58,507 nucleotides of DNA from an uncultured bacterium (GTDB taxonomy: Bacteria > Oederibacteriota > Muellerivitia > Muellerivitales > Muellerivitaceae), in NCBI GenBank assembly GCA_964531065.1, contig CAZHFP010000001.1, positions 8,165-66,671 of the forward strand, given 5' to 3'. The position numbers and the translations under genes are program-made. The notes below the pieces were generated by a model. That model saw only the letters and a program-made list of their open reading frames with translations. It had not been told where the DNA came from and made no database searches. Of the stretch, positions 25,766 to 35,889 are shown piece after piece; position 1 is the stretch's first letter, and the number at the start of each line of letters is the position of its first letter.

Positions 25766-26581
25766 GTGGATATAGCGACAAGTTTGGGACTGTTCCTTGG
25801 AATCGTCGGGGTCGTGGGAGGAGCGATGTTGGACGGAACCCCGCTCCGGGCCCTCGTTCAAGGGGCGGCCTTCGTCATTATTTTCGTTGGAACTTCCGGC
25901 GCGACGATGATGAGCTTTCCTTTCGATACGATGAAAGAATTCTGGCCTGTTTTGAAAAAGGCTTTCAAACGACAGGAGTTGGATCCCGCCGCTATCGTGA
26001 ACCAATTGGTGGGATTCGCCACCAAGGCCCGCCGGGAAGGCTTGTTGGGTCTTGAGGAAGAGGCGGAATCCATTCAGGATCCCTTTTTGAAAAAAGGTTT
26101 GCAGCTCGTGGTGGACGGCACGGACATCGAAATGATCCGCAATATCATGGAGACGGATATCGCCTTCTTGGAATCGCGCCATAAAGTCGGAGAAAGTATT
26201 TTTGGAACCTTAGGCGGATTCGCTCCGACCTTGGGTATCATTGGAACGGTCGTGGGTCTCGTCCACGCCTTGGCGGCCTTCGGATCGGGCGAGGCGGACG
26301 CGGCGGCGCTGGTTTCCGCTATCGCCACGGCCTTTATCGCGACCTTATATGGTATTTCTTTCGCCAACCTGATTTTCCTGCCGATTTCCTTCAAGCTCAA
26401 GCAAAACAGCCAGCAGGAAGTCCTGCTTCGGGAAGTTATGTTGGAAGGCATTTTGGCCATTTCGGCCGGGGACAACCCCCGCATCGTTGAAGAAAAATTA
26501 AAAGCCTTCCTGCCGCCCCGGATGAAGCTGGATATGGAAGCCCAAAAGGCCCAGGGTGAGGACAAGGAAAAAGAAGAATAG
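25766..26581 (+). CDS. motA: Flagellar stator protein MotA
   Basis: MotA/TolQ/ExbB channel motif (TLYGISFANLIFLPISFKL) and 4 TM helices. GTG start after a GGAGG RBS. Confidence 0.9.
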   Translation: MDIATSLGLFLGIVGVVGGAMLDGTPLRALVQGAAFVIIFVGTSGATMMSFPFDTMKEFWPVLKKAFKRQELDPAAIVNQLVGFATKARREGLLGLEEEAESIQDPFLKKGLQLVVDGTDIEMIRNIMETDIAFLESRHKVGESIFGTLGGFAPTLGIIGTVVGLVHALAAFGSGEADAAALVSAIATAFIATLYGISFANLIFLPISFKLKQNSQQEVLLREVMLEGILAISAGDNPRIVEEKLKAFLPPRMKLDMEAQKAQGEDKEKEE

Positions 26582-26621
26582 CTAAAAATCCCTCCGGGGA
26601 AATTGAATTGGAGAATGAGTA

Positions 26622-27380
26622 ATGCCCAAACGTAAAAAGGGAGGCCATGACGGCGGATTGGAGATGGAATCCGGCGGAATGATGCGGTGGCTTCTCACTT
26701 ATGCCGATTTGATCACGCTTTTATTGGCGACGTTCATTATTTTGTTCGCCACGGCTTCGCAAAGCAGGGTCACGATTGAGGAGATCAAAGCTCAGATTCG
26801 GGCCGTTTTCGGTCCGATTCCCGGGAATACGACTATTCTCCAGTCGAACGCCGCCAATGCCGGGGAGCATTACAAAATTATTCCCGGCGAACCGGAAGAA
26901 GGCGGTCCGGAAGGACCTGCCAAGCCTAAGCCGATTGACGTCGGCAAAATTAAGCAGATATTGGACAAGCCCCTGGGGGCCAACAAGGTCAGCATCCGTA
27001 AAGAGGCGCGTGGGTTGGTGATCAGCCTGATGACGGACAAGGTTTTATTCGACCTAGGCGACTATCGGCTTAAGCCCGAAATGAGGGAAGTTCTGAATGA
27101 CGTTTCGAAAATATTAAAACAAAACCCCGGCAAGCAAATTGTCGTGGAAGGACACACGGACGACTTGGCGATCAGGACGAATCGGTTGCCGGGTAATTGG
27201 GAGCTTTCGGCTTTACGGGCAACCACCGTGGTAAAGTATCTAGTGATGGAAAAGGGCTTGGATCCAAGCCGGTTTTCCGCAGCGGGGTATGGGGAGTATC
27301 AGCCTTTGGTACCCAATATTAGTGAAGCAAACCGGCGGATCAACCGCCGGGTTGACATAGTCATCATGAAGTTAGATTAA
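26622..27380 (+). CDS. motB: Flagellar stator protein MotB (OmpA-like C-terminus)
   Basis: WLLTYADLITLLLATFI contains the conserved Asp. The C-terminal OmpA peptidoglycan-binding domain has NRRINRRVDIVI. Confidence 0.9.
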   Translation: MPKRKKGGHDGGLEMESGGMMRWLLTYADLITLLLATFIILFATASQSRVTIEEIKAQIRAVFGPIPGNTTILQSNAANAGEHYKIIPGEPEEGGPEGPAKPKPIDVGKIKQILDKPLGANKVSIRKEARGLVISLMTDKVLFDLGDYRLKPEMREVLNDVSKILKQNPGKQIVVEGHTDDLAIRTNRLPGNWELSALRATTVVKYLVMEKGLDPSRFSAAGYGEYQPLVPNISEANRRINRRVDIVIMKLD

Positions 27381-27396
27381 TAAAGGAGGGGTGAAA

Positions 27397-27873
27397 ATGG
27401 CAGATCAAGGAGATAAGGGCACAAAAGGGTTACTGAGTCTTTTGTTGGTTTTGAGCGTCGTGAGTGTTTTGGGGATTATTACCCTGGCCCTGGGAATGTT
27501 CATGGGATGGGGCTCCAAAACTGAAACCGCGAAAGAGGCTAAAATTATCGAGCAAAAGCCCGAGCCGGGTAAAGTTTATGATTTGGGAACCTTTATCGTG
27601 AACTTGGCCGATGAAGAGGCCTCCCGGTATGTCCGGACCCAGATTGAATTAGAATACAGCAAAGTCAATTTAGAGCTGGACAAGGAGATCAAGGAAAGGG
27701 ACCCGCAGTTCAAGGATCTGGTCAACACCCTTTTGAACGACCGGAAAGCCGCGGAGTTGTCGACCTCGGAAGGAAAAGAACGCTTCCGCAGGGAACTCCA
27801 ACTTAAGATCAACGAATCCCTGAAGTACGGCGCCGTGACGAATGTGTTTTTGACCCTGTTTGCGATACAGTAA
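27397..27873 (+). CDS. fliL: Flagellar basal body-associated protein FliL
   Basis: Single TM followed by the FliL domain (VYDLGTFIVNLADE...RYVRTQIELE). AAGGAGG RBS upstream of the ATG at 27397. Confidence 0.85.
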   Translation: MADQGDKGTKGLLSLLLVLSVVSVLGIITLALGMFMGWGSKTETAKEAKIIEQKPEPGKVYDLGTFIVNLADEEASRYVRTQIELEYSKVNLELDKEIKERDPQFKDLVNTLLNDRKAAELSTSEGKERFRRELQLKINESLKYGAVTNVFLTLFAIQ

Positions 27874-27909
27874 GCCAGCTCATTAAAGCGAAGGAAGGGA
27901 GGGAGACAA

Positions 27910-28944
27910 ATGGACGACTTATTATCCGACGGTGAGGTAAGCGCTCTACTTTCTGAATTGGACGTTGGTATGACCGGCTCGGGCGGTTCCGAGGCATCTA
28001 GTTCATCGGCATCGACGGCTCCCGAAGCGGGAATCACGGTTGACGAGATGGGCCGGAAAATCAAGACCTACGACTTTAATCGGCCCAATCGTTTTTCCAA
28101 GGACCACATGAGGACCTTGGAGATGCTCCACGAGATATTCTCCCGCGGGTTTACGGCTTCCGTGGCGGCGTACTTGCGCACCGTGGCTGAAATCAAGGTG
28201 GTGTCCGTTTCCCAATTGCCGTTCCGGGAATACACCATGTCGCTTCCTCGGCCCGATTGCATTTTCGTGCTGAAAATGGAACCGTTGGATGGGGCTTTCC
28301 TTTTGGAGATTAATCCGGAGTTGGTCTTGACCTTGATCGACCGCATTTTGGGCGGTCCCGGCAAGGCGCCGACCGCGTCCAGGGAATTGACCCTGATTGA
28401 ACAGTCCGTCATTGAAAAAATTGTTAACCGGGGCCTGGAAGCCCTTCAGGAAGCTTGGCTTAAGGTCGGACATTTCCAGCCGAAATTAACCGGCTATGAG
28501 ACGACCGCTCAGTTTGTCCAGGTGGTCGCCCCCAGCGAAATAACGGCTGTCATCGAGTTTGAGGTTAAGGTTAATGAGGTAACCGGAAAAATGTCGATGT
28601 GCATCCCTTATGTGGTCTTGGAACCGATTATTGGCGACTTGTCCGCCCAGAAATGGTTCACGGTCGGCAAGAAGGAATCCACGGCCGAAACAGTGGAAAG
28701 TTTGACGAAAGTCATGAGAGAAACCAGCGTTCCCATCGTCGTCAGGGCGGGGGAAACAAAAATTACGGTTCAAGAGATGCTCCGCCTCAAGGCGGGGGAT
28801 GTGATTCGGCTGAACACGAGCCCTCATCATGAGATCAATGTGTTGATCGAAAACTTGGTGAAGCTCAAGGGCCGGCCCGGCGTCTCCTCGAAGAAGAAAG
28901 CTCTTCAAGTGACCCAGGTTTGTTCTGTGGATAATAAATCCTAA
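27910..28944 (+). CDS. fliM: Flagellar motor switch protein FliM
   Basis: LSDGEVSALL N-terminal CheY-binding-like peptide, YDFNRPNRFSKDHMRTLEMLHE, and a C-terminal SpoA-like domain. Confidence 0.95.
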   Translation: MDDLLSDGEVSALLSELDVGMTGSGGSEASSSSASTAPEAGITVDEMGRKIKTYDFNRPNRFSKDHMRTLEMLHEIFSRGFTASVAAYLRTVAEIKVVSVSQLPFREYTMSLPRPDCIFVLKMEPLDGAFLLEINPELVLTLIDRILGGPGKAPTASRELTLIEQSVIEKIVNRGLEALQEAWLKVGHFQPKLTGYETTAQFVQVVAPSEITAVIEFEVKVNEVTGKMSMCIPYVVLEPIIGDLSAQKWFTVGKKESTAETVESLTKVMRETSVPIVVRAGETKITVQEMLRLKAGDVIRLNTSPHHEINVLIENLVKLKGRPGVSSKKKALQVTQVCSVDNKS

Positions 28945-28965
28945 GTTTGTGTAAAGGGTGAGAAG

Positions 28966-29916
28966 TTGGAACTGAATAAACTTCAAAACTTTGGCGAAGC
29001 GGCAGCCGTCGGATTGGCTCAAACCTTGAGTTCGCTCATGGGGCGGGACGTATCAGTGGTTTTGTCCAAGGTTTCCAATGAAGACACCCCGCTGGTCGCC
29101 GCCGGCCTTGAATCATCTTATTTGGTCGCGCTCTTAAAGGGCTCGGGCGGTGTGGATGGTTCGGCCCTGCTGCTGACGAAGGAGAAAAATTCATCGGTTC
29201 TAGCTGATTTATTGATCGGCCAAGACGGGACAAGCGCTCCTGAAAAAATGACCGAACTGCATCTCTCGGCTTTTGGGGAAGTGGTTCATCAGATGGCCGA
29301 GGTTTTTTCCACCGAGGGAAAAAAGATAGCCGGTTCGAAAGTCCTCTGGGAAGCCGGCGATCCTCTGACCCTTGATTCTTCGGCCGCGGGCGCTCAGTTG
29401 TCTCAACTGGGTACGACGCTTACGGTTTTCAATTTTAATTTTGATGTTCAGGGTCTTTTGGCGGGTGAAATTTTATTTTGTCTTCCTGAGTCGGTCGCTT
29501 CTCGTTTTTCGACCGGGTCGGGAAAACCAGCGGCCGCCGTGGCCGCGGGAAATGTTCAATCTGGTGTTTCAACGGTAAACACCCAATCGCGAGCGGGAGG
29601 TGCTTTTGTGCAACAATTAGAAAATGAATTCTCGGGTTCAGCCAGGCCGGCGGGGGGAAATATTGGTCTTTTGCTCGATGTCCCCTTGAAGTTGACGGTG
29701 GAACTGGGCCGCACCACGAAATTGGTAAAAGAAATTTTGGCCCTGGCGCCAGGATCCGTGGTGGAGCTTGATAAATTGGCCGGCGAAGCGGTTGATATTT
29801 TGGTCAATGAAAAGCTGATCGCCAAAGGGGAAGTGGTTGTGATCGACGAAAATTTTGGCGTTCGAATCACTGAAATCATCAATCCCGAGGAACGGCTGCA
29901 CGCGGTTCAGGCTTAA
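28966..29916 (+). CDS. fliN: Flagellar motor switch protein FliY/FliN (long form: CheC-like N-terminus plus SpoA C-terminus)
   Basis: C-terminal LLDVPLKLTVELGRT...LAPGSVVELDKLAGE.VDILVNEKLIAKGEVVVIDENFGVRI is the FliN/SpoA domain. 316 aa with a FliY-like N-terminal extension. TTG start. Confidence 0.85.
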   Translation: MELNKLQNFGEAAAVGLAQTLSSLMGRDVSVVLSKVSNEDTPLVAAGLESSYLVALLKGSGGVDGSALLLTKEKNSSVLADLLIGQDGTSAPEKMTELHLSAFGEVVHQMAEVFSTEGKKIAGSKVLWEAGDPLTLDSSAAGAQLSQLGTTLTVFNFNFDVQGLLAGEILFCLPESVASRFSTGSGKPAAAVAAGNVQSGVSTVNTQSRAGGAFVQQLENEFSGSARPAGGNIGLLLDVPLKLTVELGRTTKLVKEILALAPGSVVELDKLAGEAVDILVNEKLIAKGEVVVIDENFGVRITEIINPEERLHAVQA

Positions 29917-29944
29917 GATAAGGGTATTAGGACCGTACATTTCC

Positions 29945-30640
29945 ATGCCCATGAACCGTTCGATTTTCGTGAACCCCTGGACGCTAACCACCTTAATCGG
30001 ATTAGTTCTAGGGGTTTGTCTTTTTCAGCTGTTGACTCCGGCGAAAAGTTTGGCCATTGATTCCAACAGCCCGATTTTTGAAAAAAATCAAAATGTCCCG
30101 TCGGGCGATAAAGAAAAAGGCGGACAGCCGCTAGCTCTGCCTGAAGAAGCGCCCAATCCTTCCCCTGGTTTTTTTTCCACGCTCGCCCGGATACTGTTGG
30201 CGCTTACCCTCATTGTGGGACTCATCATCTTGACCGTTTGGGGCGTTAAATTCGCTTGGGAAAAGCAGGGGTGGGGAAACTTAAACGAAGCCGGAAAGCC
30301 GATGAAGGTGCTGACTTCCACTTATCTGGGCCCTCGGAAAACCATCCACTTGATCGAGGTCGGAAAACGCTTGTTGGTGGTCGGGGTTGGGAAAGATGAG
30401 ATAAACCGATTGGATGTCATCACCGACCCGGAAGAGGTGGAGACCCTGCGCCAGGCGACCCATCATGGATTTCCTAAAATATTTAACGGGATTATGAAGA
30501 AGCACGAAACGGTTGAGGGGGAAGCCGAAACAAAGCGGATCCTCTCGGAGAGCAATGAGCTGGTGGGCGGATATGTCAAAAAATTAAAGGGCTTCACCAA
30601 AAGCAAAAAAAGCGCGATTCAAGAAAAGGGCGAGAATTGA
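29945..30640 (+). CDS. fliO: Flagellar biosynthesis protein FliO (FliZ-like)
   Basis: TM helix LLALTLIVGLIILTVWGV followed by KTIHLIEVGKRLLVVGVGKDEI, the FliO pattern. Positioned before fliP. The ORF-track start at 29855 overlaps fliN. Confidence 0.7.
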   Translation: MPMNRSIFVNPWTLTTLIGLVLGVCLFQLLTPAKSLAIDSNSPIFEKNQNVPSGDKEKGGQPLALPEEAPNPSPGFFSTLARILLALTLIVGLIILTVWGVKFAWEKQGWGNLNEAGKPMKVLTSTYLGPRKTIHLIEVGKRLLVVGVGKDEINRLDVITDPEEVETLRQATHHGFPKIFNGIMKKHETVEGEAETKRILSESNELVGGYVKKLKGFTKSKKSAIQEKGEN

Positions 30641-31395
30641 CAAAACGGAATTTTATTTTGATGGGTGGATTCGCGCTTCTTTGCTTCCTCGCGTCCGCGC
30701 AAGGGTCTCTCGCGGCGGATATTCCCTTTCCTTCAATCAAACTAGGGGTCGATCAAGCCAAGACGCCGCAAGACGTGGCCATGAGCATTCAAATTATCCT
30801 TGTGCTGACCGTTCTTTCGCTGGCGCCGGCTATTTTGATCATGACCACTTCCTTTACGCGGATCGTCATTGTCTTGTCTTTTTTGAGACAGGGGCTGGGT
30901 ACCCAGCAGGTGCCGCCGAACCAGGTTTTGATCGGGCTGGCGCTTTTTCTCACTTTTTTTACCATGCAGCCGACCTTTGAGCGCGTTGATCAAGAGGCTT
31001 TGACGCCCTACCTGGCCGGTAAAATGACCACGGCGGAAGCTTTTAAGAAGGCCGAAGAACCCATGAGGCAATTTATGTTTAAACAAACCAGGGAAAAAGA
31101 TTTAGCTCTGTTTGTGGCCTTGTCCAAGTCGAGCCGGCCCCGCACGCCGGCGGATATTTCGACATGGGTTTTGATCCCGGCGTTCGTCATCGGAGAGCTC
31201 AAAAAAGGGTTTGAGATGGGATTTATTATTTTTGTGCCTTTTCTCATCATTGACATGGTGGTGGCTTCCGTTTTGATGTCCATGGGGATGCTCATGCTCC
31301 CGCCGGTTTTAATTTCTCTGCCGTTCAAAATATTGCTTTTCATCATGGTGGATGGATGGAATTTGATAGTCCGTTCCATAGCCTTAAGTTTTTGA
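30637..31395 (+). CDS. fliP: Flagellar export apparatus protein FliP
   Basis: Conserved FliP core (ILIMTTSFTRIVIVLSFLRQGLGTQQVPPNQVLIGLALFLTFF). The TTG overlaps the fliO stop; ATG at 30661 is an alternative start. Confidence 0.95.
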   Translation: MTKRNFILMGGFALLCFLASAQGSLAADIPFPSIKLGVDQAKTPQDVAMSIQIILVLTVLSLAPAILIMTTSFTRIVIVLSFLRQGLGTQQVPPNQVLIGLALFLTFFTMQPTFERVDQEALTPYLAGKMTTAEAFKKAEEPMRQFMFKQTREKDLALFVALSKSSRPRTPADISTWVLIPAFVIGELKKGFEMGFIIFVPFLIIDMVVASVLMSMGMLMLPPVLISLPFKILLFIMVDGWNLIVRSIALSF

Positions 31396-31416
31396 TTTTG
31401 AAACGAGGGGTTTCAA

Positions 31417-31686
31417 ATGACGGTTGAATTTATCGCGGACTTGGCCAATCGGGCCCTTTGGATCACCCTGCTGATATCGGCCCCCATTTTGGGTTTGGGC
31501 TTGGCGGTGGGTGTGGCGGTTTCCATATTTCAAGCGGTGACCCAGATCCAGGAAATGACCTTGACCTTTATCCCGAAGATCATCGCCATTTTTTTCGCCA
31601 TTCTTGTTTTCGGGAAATGGATGATGCTGGTCCTGTTAAACTTCACTTCCAATCTTTGGATCAATCTCCCCAATTATTCCAAGTGA
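31417..31686 (+). CDS. fliQ: Flagellar export apparatus protein FliQ
   Basis: 89 aa with two TM helices and the motif AVTQIQEMTLTFIPK. Confidence 0.95.
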   Translation: MTVEFIADLANRALWITLLISAPILGLGLAVGVAVSIFQAVTQIQEMTLTFIPKIIAIFFAILVFGKWMMLVLLNFTSNLWINLPNYSK

Positions 31687-31693
31687 GGGCCTG

Positions 31694-32479
31694 TTGCCAA
31701 CCAATCCGTTCCAATTTGACCCCCAGGATGTCGTCGCCTTTATTTTAGTCCTGATGAGAATGGCGGGAGTTTTTTTAACCGCGCCTGTTTTTTCCGGCAA
31801 GAATATTCCCGTGGTGACAAAGGCTTCCTGGATTTTGTTAATCGCCTTTCTCATTTTTCCGGTGGTTGATTTTAAGCCCCAATCGCTGCCTCCAGCGGGC
31901 ATCCCTTTGGCGTTGGGCGTCGTCAGGGAAATGCTCATTGGTTTTTGCATTGGACTGGGCGCCACCCTTATTTTTACCGGTATTCAATTGGCGGGGCAAA
32001 TCGCCGATATCCAGATGGGGTTGGGTATGGTCAATATCATTGATCCTATTACCAGCACCCAAATATCCGTCATGGGTCAATATTATTATATGATCGCCAC
32101 GGTTGTTTTCTTAATTGTGGATGGGCACCATATTTTATTAAGGGCGCTCGCCGATAGTTTTGCGCTTATTCCTTTGGGCCATGCCCAGTTTACCCCTGCC
32201 TTAGGGATAAAAATGATGGCGATGTTTTCCCAAGTTTTTTTTATTGCCTTGAGGGTGGGAGCGCCGGTCATTGGCGCGCTTTTTATCACCAATATGGCCT
32301 TGGGAGTGGTTGCCCGCACCGTGCCCCAGATGAACGTGTTTATCGTCGGTATGCCCTTAAATCTCGCGGTAGGATTTTTAATTACCGCCCTTTCGATGAG
32401 CTTTTTTGTTTATATCCTGCAGGGTCTATTCCAAGGCATGTATCGTGATTTGGCTGTTTTGATCCAGGCTCTGCGGTAG
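31694..32479 (+). CDS. fliR: Flagellar export apparatus protein FliR
   Basis: 261-aa polytopic membrane protein with LVLMRMAGVFLTAPVF and GMPLNLAVGF motifs. TTG start. Confidence 0.9.
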   Translation: MPTNPFQFDPQDVVAFILVLMRMAGVFLTAPVFSGKNIPVVTKASWILLIAFLIFPVVDFKPQSLPPAGIPLALGVVREMLIGFCIGLGATLIFTGIQLAGQIADIQMGLGMVNIIDPITSTQISVMGQYYYMIATVVFLIVDGHHILLRALADSFALIPLGHAQFTPALGIKMMAMFSQVFFIALRVGAPVIGALFITNMALGVVARTVPQMNVFIVGMPLNLAVGFLITALSMSFFVYILQGLFQGMYRDLAVLIQALR

Positions 32480-32548
32480 GCCGCTAGGGTTGTGTCAGGA
32501 TTGAAGTGAGACCGGTTGGGGTCCCTATTTTGAGAAACGAGGTTGTTC

Positions 32549-33619
32549 ATGGCTGATCCGGGCAAAACTGAAAAGGCGACGCCCAAACGGCGGGAGGAAG
32601 CCCGGGAGAAGGGGCAGGTGCCCCGTTCAGTCGAGGTTAATTCCGCCGTCATTCTGTTGACGGCCTTGCTGACTTTTCGTTACGCGGGCCCCTATATGGT
32701 GGATTCCATGAATCAGCTCGCGGTATTTTCCTACCAAAACATGAATATGACCCTGGGGATGGAGAGCCTCTATTCGCTTGGATTGTTTTACATGTGGCAA
32801 ATCGCCAAAATTATCGCGCCCGTGTTGGGGATGATTTTGTTGGTGGGGCTCATGGCGAATTATATGCAAGTTGGAGTTTTGTTCACCTTGAAGCCGCTCG
32901 TCCCGAAGTTCAGCAACGTCAGCCCCCTTTCCGGGTTTAAAAAACTTTTTTCCCGCAGGTCGCTGGTTGATTTTTTTAAGTCTATTTTAAAACTCTTGTT
33001 GATCGGCTGGGTGGTTTATAAGGGCGTTAAAGGCGCCCTGCCGGATCTGGTCCCCACCATGGACATGCAGGGCGCCGAGGCTTTAAAGTTTGTGGGAAGG
33101 CTCACCCTCACCATCCTCAATCGGGCCATTCTTGCTTTGGCGGTTTTGGCGGTTTTGGATTTTTTTTACCAGCGATGGGAATATGAAGATGGGTTAAAGA
33201 TGACCAAGCAGGAAATTCGGGACGAGTTTAAGCAATCGGAAGGCGATCCCATGATCAAGGCCAGGATAAGGCAGATCCAAAGGGAGATGGCCCGGCGCCG
33301 GATGTTTGAGTCCGTCCCTCGGGCGGATGTTGTCATTACCAATCCAACCCACGTGGCGGTCGCGTTGGAATATAAAGAGGGGATGTCGGCGCCGGTTGTT
33401 TTGGCCAAGGGAGAGCGGGTCGTGGCGGAAAAAATCAAGGAAATGGCCAAGAAAAACCGTATTCCGATCGTGGAAAATCCACCTCTGGCCCGGGCCCTGC
33501 TGAAACAATGCCCGGTAGGGGCGCCTATTTCCCCGGATTTATTCGAAGCGGTGGCGGAAATATTGGCTTTTGTTTATCGAATGAACAAGCAAAAAACGGG
33601 GACAAGGGTGGGTGTTTAA
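32549..33619 (+). CDS. flhB: Flagellar export switch protein FlhB
   Basis: MADPGKTEKATPKRREEAREKGQV N-terminus, 4 TM helices and the NPTH autocleavage motif (VVITNPTHVAVAL). Confidence 0.95.
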   Translation: MADPGKTEKATPKRREEAREKGQVPRSVEVNSAVILLTALLTFRYAGPYMVDSMNQLAVFSYQNMNMTLGMESLYSLGLFYMWQIAKIIAPVLGMILLVGLMANYMQVGVLFTLKPLVPKFSNVSPLSGFKKLFSRRSLVDFFKSILKLLLIGWVVYKGVKGALPDLVPTMDMQGAEALKFVGRLTLTILNRAILALAVLAVLDFFYQRWEYEDGLKMTKQEIRDEFKQSEGDPMIKARIRQIQREMARRRMFESVPRADVVITNPTHVAVALEYKEGMSAPVVLAKGERVVAEKIKEMAKKNRIPIVENPPLARALLKQCPVGAPISPDLFEAVAEILAFVYRMNKQKTGTRVGV

Positions 33620-33807
33620 CCAACAGCCTTGGATTGGCCAAAAAAAGCGGTTTAATTTTTTTCAAAAAATGACGCAGGGCTTGTTGAGAAACGTGAAAAT
33701 AAAGGAATTTTTGCCGGGGTTGGGCTTCATTTAGTATTGGGGTAGGACCGAATCCTCCTGCTACAATGTCTGTTCGTTCTGACCCGCTGGACCGAAAGGT
33801 TTTTCGA

Positions 33808-35889
33808 ATGGCTGAAGCCACGACCATGAATACGATTCAAAAAAACAGCGATCTTTTCTTCGCTTTCGCGGTGGTGATGGCGATCATCATGGTGGTTATT
33901 CCACTTCCGCCATTTTTGCTGGATATCCTCATTTCCCTGAATATTACCATGGCCTTGGTGGTGGTATTGATCACCATGTATACCTTGGAACCGCTCCATT
34001 TTTCCATTTTCCCGACCCTGCTTCTGATTACCACTTTGTTTCGGCTGGCCTTAAGCATTTCCGCCACTCGATTGATTCTTCTGCATGGAACCGACGGTTC
34101 TCAAGCCGCCGGCCGAGTGATTGAGTCCATTGGAACGGTCGTAGTAGGAGGGAGCTATTGGGTTGGTTTTGTGGTTTTCCTGATTCTCATCATTATTCAA
34201 TTTGTCGTCATCACCAGCGGCGCCCAGCGCGTGGCGGAAGTGGCGGCCAGGTTCACCTTGGACGCTATGCCGGGAAAACAGATGGCCATTGACGCGGATT
34301 TAAATTCCGGACTCATCACCGATGATCAAGCCCGCAATAGACGAAAAGAAGTAGAACGGGAAGCGGACTTTTATGGAGCGATGGATGGAGCCAGCAAGTT
34401 TGTGCGCGGTGACGCGATCGCGGCCATTGTCATCATCATCATCAACGTGTTGGGGGGCTTTGGAGTGGGCTTTTGGAGCCAAAGCATGAGCTGGGAAGAG
34501 GTGCTGCAGCGTTACACGTTATTGTCCATTGGAGACGGCTTGGCGACTCAAATTCCAGCCCTGTTACTTTCCATGGCGACCGGTATCGTGGTCACCCGTG
34601 CGGCATCGGACAGCAACCTGGGAACGGATTTGGTCCGGCAAATTACCGCTCACCCGAAGGCCCTTTGGATCGCCGCCGGAGTGTTGTTCGCGCTGGGCCT
34701 GGTTCCGGGAATGCCCTGGGCGTTCCTTTTCATATCGGCGTTGACCGGCCTGCTGGCTTATTTTATTGATAACGCGGTCCGCACTGAGGCCGACGCCGTC
34801 GAAAAAGCGAAAGCTCAAACCGCTCCCGACAAGAAAAAAGAACCGGAGAATGTCTCGTCCCTTCTTCAGGTGGACCATTTGGAAGTTGAAATCGGCTACA
34901 GTCTCATCCCGTTGGTGGATGAGGCCCAGGGCGGCGATCTATTGGAACGGATCACGGGAATTCGCAGGCAAATGGCCACCGATTTGGGGCTGGTGGTCCC
35001 GCCCATCCGCATCCGGGACAACATGCAGCTTCAGCCTTCCGAGTACATCATTAAGATCAAGGGAGTTGAGGTGTCGCGGTGGAAGATTATGCCGGGCCAC
35101 CTTTTGGCCATGGCGACGGGAACGGATATGCCGAAAATTCAGGGTATTGAAACCAAAGAACCCACCTTCAATTTGGTCGCCTATTGGATTACCGATGAGG
35201 AAAAGGCGATGGCGGAACAAGCGGGTTATTCGGTGGTGGATGCTTCCACGGTCATTGCCACCCATTTGACCGAGGTTATCCGAAATCACGCATATGAATT
35301 CCTGACGCGCCAAAGCGTTTCGAAATTGCTGGATGGCGTCAAAAAAGATTCCCCGGCGGTGGTGGAGGAACTGGTCCCAAGCCATCTTCCTATCGGCGAC
35401 CTTCAAAAAATCCTCCAAAATCTTCTGAAGGAACATATTCCGATCCGCGATTTGGAAAGTATCTTGGAGTCGGTGGCGGACCATGTGCGGGAAACCAAGG
35501 ATGTTCAGCTTTTGACCGAATATGCCCGGAAAGCTTTGTCCCGGTCTATCACCAAACTTCATCAAGCGGCCGATGGAAAAGTTTATGCCTTGACGCTGGA
35601 TCCCCGGTTTGAAAAGAAAATCCAGGATTCGGTGCAGGCGGCCGAAGGCGGCTCCGCCACCGCGTTAGATCCCCGGGTTTTACAACAAATGTTCCGGAGC
35701 CTTTCCGCTGGGATCGAAAAAATGGCCGCGGCCAACCGCCAACCGCTGGTGCTTTGTTCGCCGGGTGTCAGGCCCTATTTCAAAAAACTGATCGAGCGGT
35801 TTATTCCCCATTTGACGGTTTTGTCCTTTAGCGAGCTGCTGCCCCGCACAGAAATACAATCCATCGGTCTTATCGAGGCGGGCGAATGA
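33808..35889 (+). CDS. flhA: Flagellar export gate protein FlhA
   Basis: FHIPEP-family membrane domain and a large cytoplasmic domain. The ATG at 33808 gives a typical N-terminus; the ORF-track start at 33766 is also possible. Confidence 0.95.
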   Translation: MAEATTMNTIQKNSDLFFAFAVVMAIIMVVIPLPPFLLDILISLNITMALVVVLITMYTLEPLHFSIFPTLLLITTLFRLALSISATRLILLHGTDGSQAAGRVIESIGTVVVGGSYWVGFVVFLILIIIQFVVITSGAQRVAEVAARFTLDAMPGKQMAIDADLNSGLITDDQARNRRKEVEREADFYGAMDGASKFVRGDAIAAIVIIIINVLGGFGVGFWSQSMSWEEVLQRYTLLSIGDGLATQIPALLLSMATGIVVTRAASDSNLGTDLVRQITAHPKALWIAAGVLFALGLVPGMPWAFLFISALTGLLAYFIDNAVRTEADAVEKAKAQTAPDKKKEPENVSSLLQVDHLEVEIGYSLIPLVDEAQGGDLLERITGIRRQMATDLGLVVPPIRIRDNMQLQPSEYIIKIKGVEVSRWKIMPGHLLAMATGTDMPKIQGIETKEPTFNLVAYWITDEEKAMAEQAGYSVVDASTVIATHLTEVIRNHAYEFLTRQSVSKLLDGVKKDSPAVVEELVPSHLPIGDLQKILQNLLKEHIPIRDLESILESVADHVRETKDVQLLTEYARKALSRSITKLHQAADGKVYALTLDPRFEKKIQDSVQAAEGGSATALDPRVLQQMFRSLSAGIEKMAAANRQPLVLCSPGVRPYFKKLIERFIPHLTVLSFSELLPRTEIQSIGLIEAGE

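Noticed and set aside
33672-33737. 21-aa ORF (MTQGLLRNVKIKEFLPGLGFI) in the flhB-flhA gap.
   Set aside because: It has no RBS and no recognisable peptide family, and it is too short to support from sequence alone.
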